From Lytechinus pictus (taxonomy: Eukaryota), in NCBI RefSeq assembly GCF_037042905.1, contig NC_087251.1, forward strand, positions 47,804,001-47,868,000: DNA of 64,000 nt. The letters run 5' to 3'. A model generated the notes under the pieces. The model did no database searches. It saw nothing but the letters and a program-made list of their open reading frames with translations, and had not been told where the DNA came from. Both the position numbers and the translations under genes were made by a program. This document shows, piece after piece, positions 63,264 to 64,000 of this stretch; within the stretch, counting starts at the first letter, position 1; every line of letters starts with the position of its first letter.

Positions 63264-64000
63264 TAATACTTTAGCATGCATGAAATCAGATATATCACAT
63301 TTCAATCATTTCCACAATAACAGCTAGCAGTAAATACAGTTTGTACATCATAAAAAATCATTATGATAAAATACAATTCAAATTTTTGAAATATAAAAAT
63401 ACACATTTTTTATTCATGAACGTAGTTGTCTAATGGATTATCATGTAACTTAAAAGCTATCTTGTGAAGATACTCAAGAAAGCATAGCTTATGAATCAGG
63501 TTCCCTATAGCTAGGCCTGGGACTTTCGGGTATTTTTGTCTTCGGGTACCTGTGGTAATTTTTGGGCGGGTAGCCGAAAATCATGTCGCATGAAATATGA
63601 CTGGTGGAAAAACCCCATAGGTGACGTCATCCAGCCACTGCGCCGCATCGCAAGCGTTAGCCAATTTATGATTGAAAATATATAGTAAGCATGAGCAGTG
63701 CAAGCTTCCCTTGCCCCACACAGTAGGCCTATTCCATCGAAACAAATCTACAATACTCTGACACCTCATTCCAAAATCAACCTAGAATTCCACTTTCCCA
63801 TATTCTATATGAATTATGAACGGTATTCTGGGAGGATCTGTTTTCTCACCGATACCACACAGGTAAGCAAATTTTGATTACTTCTTGCTTTTCCGTCAAA
63901 ATCTTACGAAGTGGCGTCGATATTACATCATGTTCGTGAGTTTGTAAAATCTATCGCTACGTGCACAAAGTCACCTGATTTGCGGGTTTCGGAGCGTCGA

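Noticed and set aside
62940..64000. Intronic snoRNA in the ribosomal-protein gene FAU
   Set aside because: No convincing C/D or H/ACA box arrangement seen; the region is a MITE plus what looks like another repeat from ~63512.

Overview
AT-rich, repeat-dense eukaryotic DNA. The repeat repertoire and gene style suggest an invertebrate deuterostome, probably a sea urchin (inference). Four spliced host genes can be assembled by hand from GT-AG junctions with consistent phases. (1) A DHRS7-like short-chain dehydrogenase/reductase on the minus strand, with 8 coding exons from 23367 down to about 8278. (2) A divergently transcribed two-exon UQCC3-like complex III assembly factor of 78 aa (29069-33735). 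(3) A Rab15-like GTPase of 208 aa with 7 coding exons (41906-52355). (4) The last exon of FAU/eS30 on the minus strand (62812-62937). Introns and intergenic DNA are packed with transposon relics: a young 5'-truncated CR1 LINE with an open 538-codon RT frame, an L2/Crack LINE 3' end, two tRNA-derived SINEs, a solo LTR, TTAA-targeting MITEs, hAT-, Harbinger- and Sola-like elements with identifiable TSDs, and four Helentron-associated (HINE/DINE-like) families, three with about 160-bp internal tandem units. Most ORFs in the supplied track are spurious. I found no CRISPR, rRNA or true tRNA gene and no clearly new multi-gene system. The best leads are: apparent ancient linkage of all four genes to the human 11q12-13/14q23 paralogon; a three-copy inverted duplication in the UQCC3 intron; an 812-bp tandem duplication with a templated junction; TE-borne DR1 nuclear-receptor arrays in DHRS7 introns; and a doubled N-terminal hydrophobic anchor in DHRS7.
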